From Fimbriosthenelais zetlandica (Eukaryota): a stretch of 64,000 nucleotides of DNA. The stretch's first letter is position 1; every line of letters starts with the position of its first letter. Made by a program: the position numbers and the translations under genes. Below are positions 61,203-64,000 of this stretch, piece after piece. Where the stretch lies: NCBI GenBank assembly GCA_977030845.1, contig OZ365116.1, forward strand, positions 16,864,001-16,928,000. Direction: 5' to 3'. The notes under the pieces are model-generated. The model searched no databases. It was given only the letters and a program-made list of their open reading frames with translations, and was not told the DNA's origin.

Positions 61203-64000
61203 GATCAAATTCTCATTGGGCATGTCAGGAAAAGAAGTGACATCTTGAAATGGAGGTGGATTGGTCAAAATGTAACAGAAGAAGTGGACACGTTCTCTGC
61301 TCGCCAGGACACTGGTGAGTTGTGGGGATTGACCTTGGATTCAGTTCTCCTGGGTGCTAACTCTCCCATATCAGACTCAGCATCCCTCCAGCGTCCCTCC
61401 ATACACGGCCCCAGCAGGTAGGATCTGACTGGTCAGTCTGACAGGCGCAGTCAGGATCCTCCACCTGACACTAATTGTCAAGGTATATGTTACACATGGA
61501 TCTTTTTCTCAGTGGGAGTTGGTGGAAATTGTGGTCAATTGTGGGCTTTAGTAAGTTGATGGTGGACTGACCCAGGGGCTCCTGACACCTCTCCCTGCTG
61601 AACTTTAGGGAAGACAGTGTAAAACGATGCCAGCCATTCCAGCCTGACACGCGTGGTATTAATACTTTTGATAAGCGAATTAAAGACTTTCAGAACTCAC
61701 ATATATCTGACACGTTCGATGAATGAAAGATAAAAAACAAAGATTTAATCCCAGGGATGGTTTCATAAATAGGTTGCAGGGACCCATTTCAAACGGCACC
61801 CATTCATCATTGAATGGGTTCAAATTAATCAATGAATACCTTCCTCCTTACTGGCCTCGTTAGAAGGAGATATAGGTAGGTGAGTGAATATGATTAAGTG
61901 TATCTTAAAACAAGCCCCAACCTGTTCCCGATGGCCACTAATCACTTAGTCATAGATGTCCATTTATCATGGATGAAGCCTAAGTAATTTGGAAAGGTAT
62001 TGGAACACCTTGATCATTGGTCATCTGCCGGTAGCCTCGGACCGCCATAAGTGAGACCAGAAGGATATCAGGTTTTATCTAAGCCACTCAGCCTCGTGGC
62101 CCGGTCAGCTGCCTGGTATACGATCCCTGACCCTATCTTTCAGGTCTGGAGAGGCTAGTTCATGTGGCTATCAGTACAATGTGTAGATAATACCCATATA
62201 GCTCGGGCGGGAGTGGCAAGAGTCTGAGAGATAGTTGGGAGGAGTGAGGTTTCGGCGACATTCCCTCTTCTCAAAGCGTGTAATTGTGAACATCTTTGAG
62301 GGACATGGTTGTTAAGGTCCCCGAGTCACGTCCGTTAACAAATACAGGCGATCAAAGCAAGCCGACCAGGCCTGAACGTGACCACTTGGACTACACATAT
62401 ATACACCCCCTAGAATGATGGGAGGTACCCACACATGCAGGCCTATAGCACTGGACAGATCGAGGTATATCTACTGCACAGTGTGGACAACAACAGAGCA
62501 AGGCAGCTCCATCATACTTGATTAAAGTGACTGAGAATAACAGAATTCCTTTTAGTTATTGTCAATATCAAAATGATAGAAATCCCCCGCCCCCAATATA
62601 TGGACATACTAATTGATATTTTATTGCAGAAAACAATCTAATGTGTTGTCTGCTGTAAAATGAGCTCTAGATATACATATATTTCTGGTAATATAATGGG
62701 AAATTTATCTATTCTAAAATCCACTAACTTGGATCAGATTTACTTAGGAAAGGTGGTCAGAGTGATGGAACAATATTGGATGAAAAATGATCATCCATCT
62801 CTAATTTGCTGAGGGTGTTTTCGAGGTTAAAAAGTATGGCACTTTAACTAAGAGGTGCATTGATAAATACATTCAAGATGTCTGTTCAAGTGATGTGCCA
62901 TCATAAACATATTCAATTGAGCAATGACACGTGAGTTTATAACGTGTGGAAACGTTGAGATCCAGGAAAACCACCATTTGTTTGTATGAGTCTCCACAGG
63001 GGGCTAAAAGTCAGGGGGTTATTTGTCTCAGTTTACTGTCATGCTACAAGATTATCTAATAATAATTCTAATGGTGAGATGATACATTAGAGACTTTATC
63101 CTAAATGTCACTCTTCTAGTTCTGATTACCAAAAACTCAGTGATATCATGAAAAGAGACAGGTTGGAGAGGCACACGTCTATATTTATAATTCTAAGTGA
63201 GACAAGGTGGAGGCAAAGCTTGCAAAGCGGAAGGAAGTCTTCATCATTTGAGTTATGGGAGGTTAGAAATGATGTGACACAGACAGTGCTGCCAATTTCT
63301 ATACAATAACAGTTACCAGGTGTCAATAGTTTCTACCTTCCCAGGTAGTCCTCTACCATAGGGCCCAGCCCCCCAGACGTCAAGCTAGGTCTGCCTCTTC
63401 AACGCCATGCAAGGAGGGCATAACCGAGCAGCATCTGTTAGCTTACAGTTGCTCAACGGAGGGCAATGAGCTCATTTCACTAACGCTTATATTCACGAGA
63501 ACTTACATAAGACATTCCTTTATCATAGAATGTGTACACATAGACAGAACTGCCCTACAGGCAATGCATCTCACCAAAACAGAGTACATGTATAATGTAA
63601 AATCATCAAATGATTCTTAAACTCTCTTGTCTGGAAGGTCTAAAGCGAATTCATTGCCTGGCAAAAAGTCACATAAAATCGGAAATCAACTTTTGTTGAA
63701 ACTGCCCTGAAGACTAAAGTTTGTTTTTGATTATCTTCAATTTGAAAAGCTGCAAATCCCGCCGGTAGAGGCGTGACTGGTCTGCCCCCTGCTCGCTGCA
63801 GCTTTCCCGCGGCGATCGTTCTGCTCCGACACTCGTAACGGAGCAGAGGAAAATGGACACAAATTGAAGTGTCGGGAGGTATAGGAGGGCTAGATGCGTC
63901 ACGAACCACGACATGGTGTGTGGTCACTCTTAATGTCATGTTTTATCATAACTTACTATCACAGTCATTAATAAACAAATGATGACCAATGATAAGTCAC

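Noticed and set aside
54257-63939. Numerous 60-150 aa ORFs upstream of vg and in its introns
   Set aside because: No recognisable domains or exon chains; lengths are as expected for random ORFs with alternative starts.

Overview
Eukaryotic (animal) genomic DNA with GT-AG introns. No prokaryotic features, rRNA/tRNA genes or CRISPR array were found. Gene content suggests an invertebrate bilaterian, probably a lophotrochozoan (inference). Exon chains were built by hand and each was checked for phase and length. Bases 1-33.6 kb form a compact cluster, in order: the 3' end of an unidentified EF-hand-like gene (+); AEBP2/jing (-, 5 coding exons, 568 aa); a 924-aa single-exon ORF (+) nested antisense in AEBP2 intron 3, ending in a Tudor-knot/chromo-barrel-like motif; a 19-exon, 1001-aa multi-pass membrane gene (+) resembling plant NO EXINE FORMATION 1 (NEF1), head-to-head with AEBP2; a tandem-RWD/RING-H2 candidate E3 ligase (-); CHMP2B (+), head-to-head with the E3; and a collagen-C1q secreted protein (-). 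The rest holds one vestigial-like gene (-, 4 coding exons, 386 aa) with 1.7-4.6 kb introns and over 10 kb of gene-free upstream DNA with CpG-rich patches. Small repeats include a MITE-like element with a 46-bp tandem array, a decayed hAT-type MITE and a 136-bp duplication that copies a splice donor. Best leads: the animal NEF1-like protein, the nested chromatin-reader-like gene in AEBP2, the double-RWD RING-H2 ligase, and the CHMP2B-vestigial linkage. All homology calls rest on recalled sequences, not on a database search.
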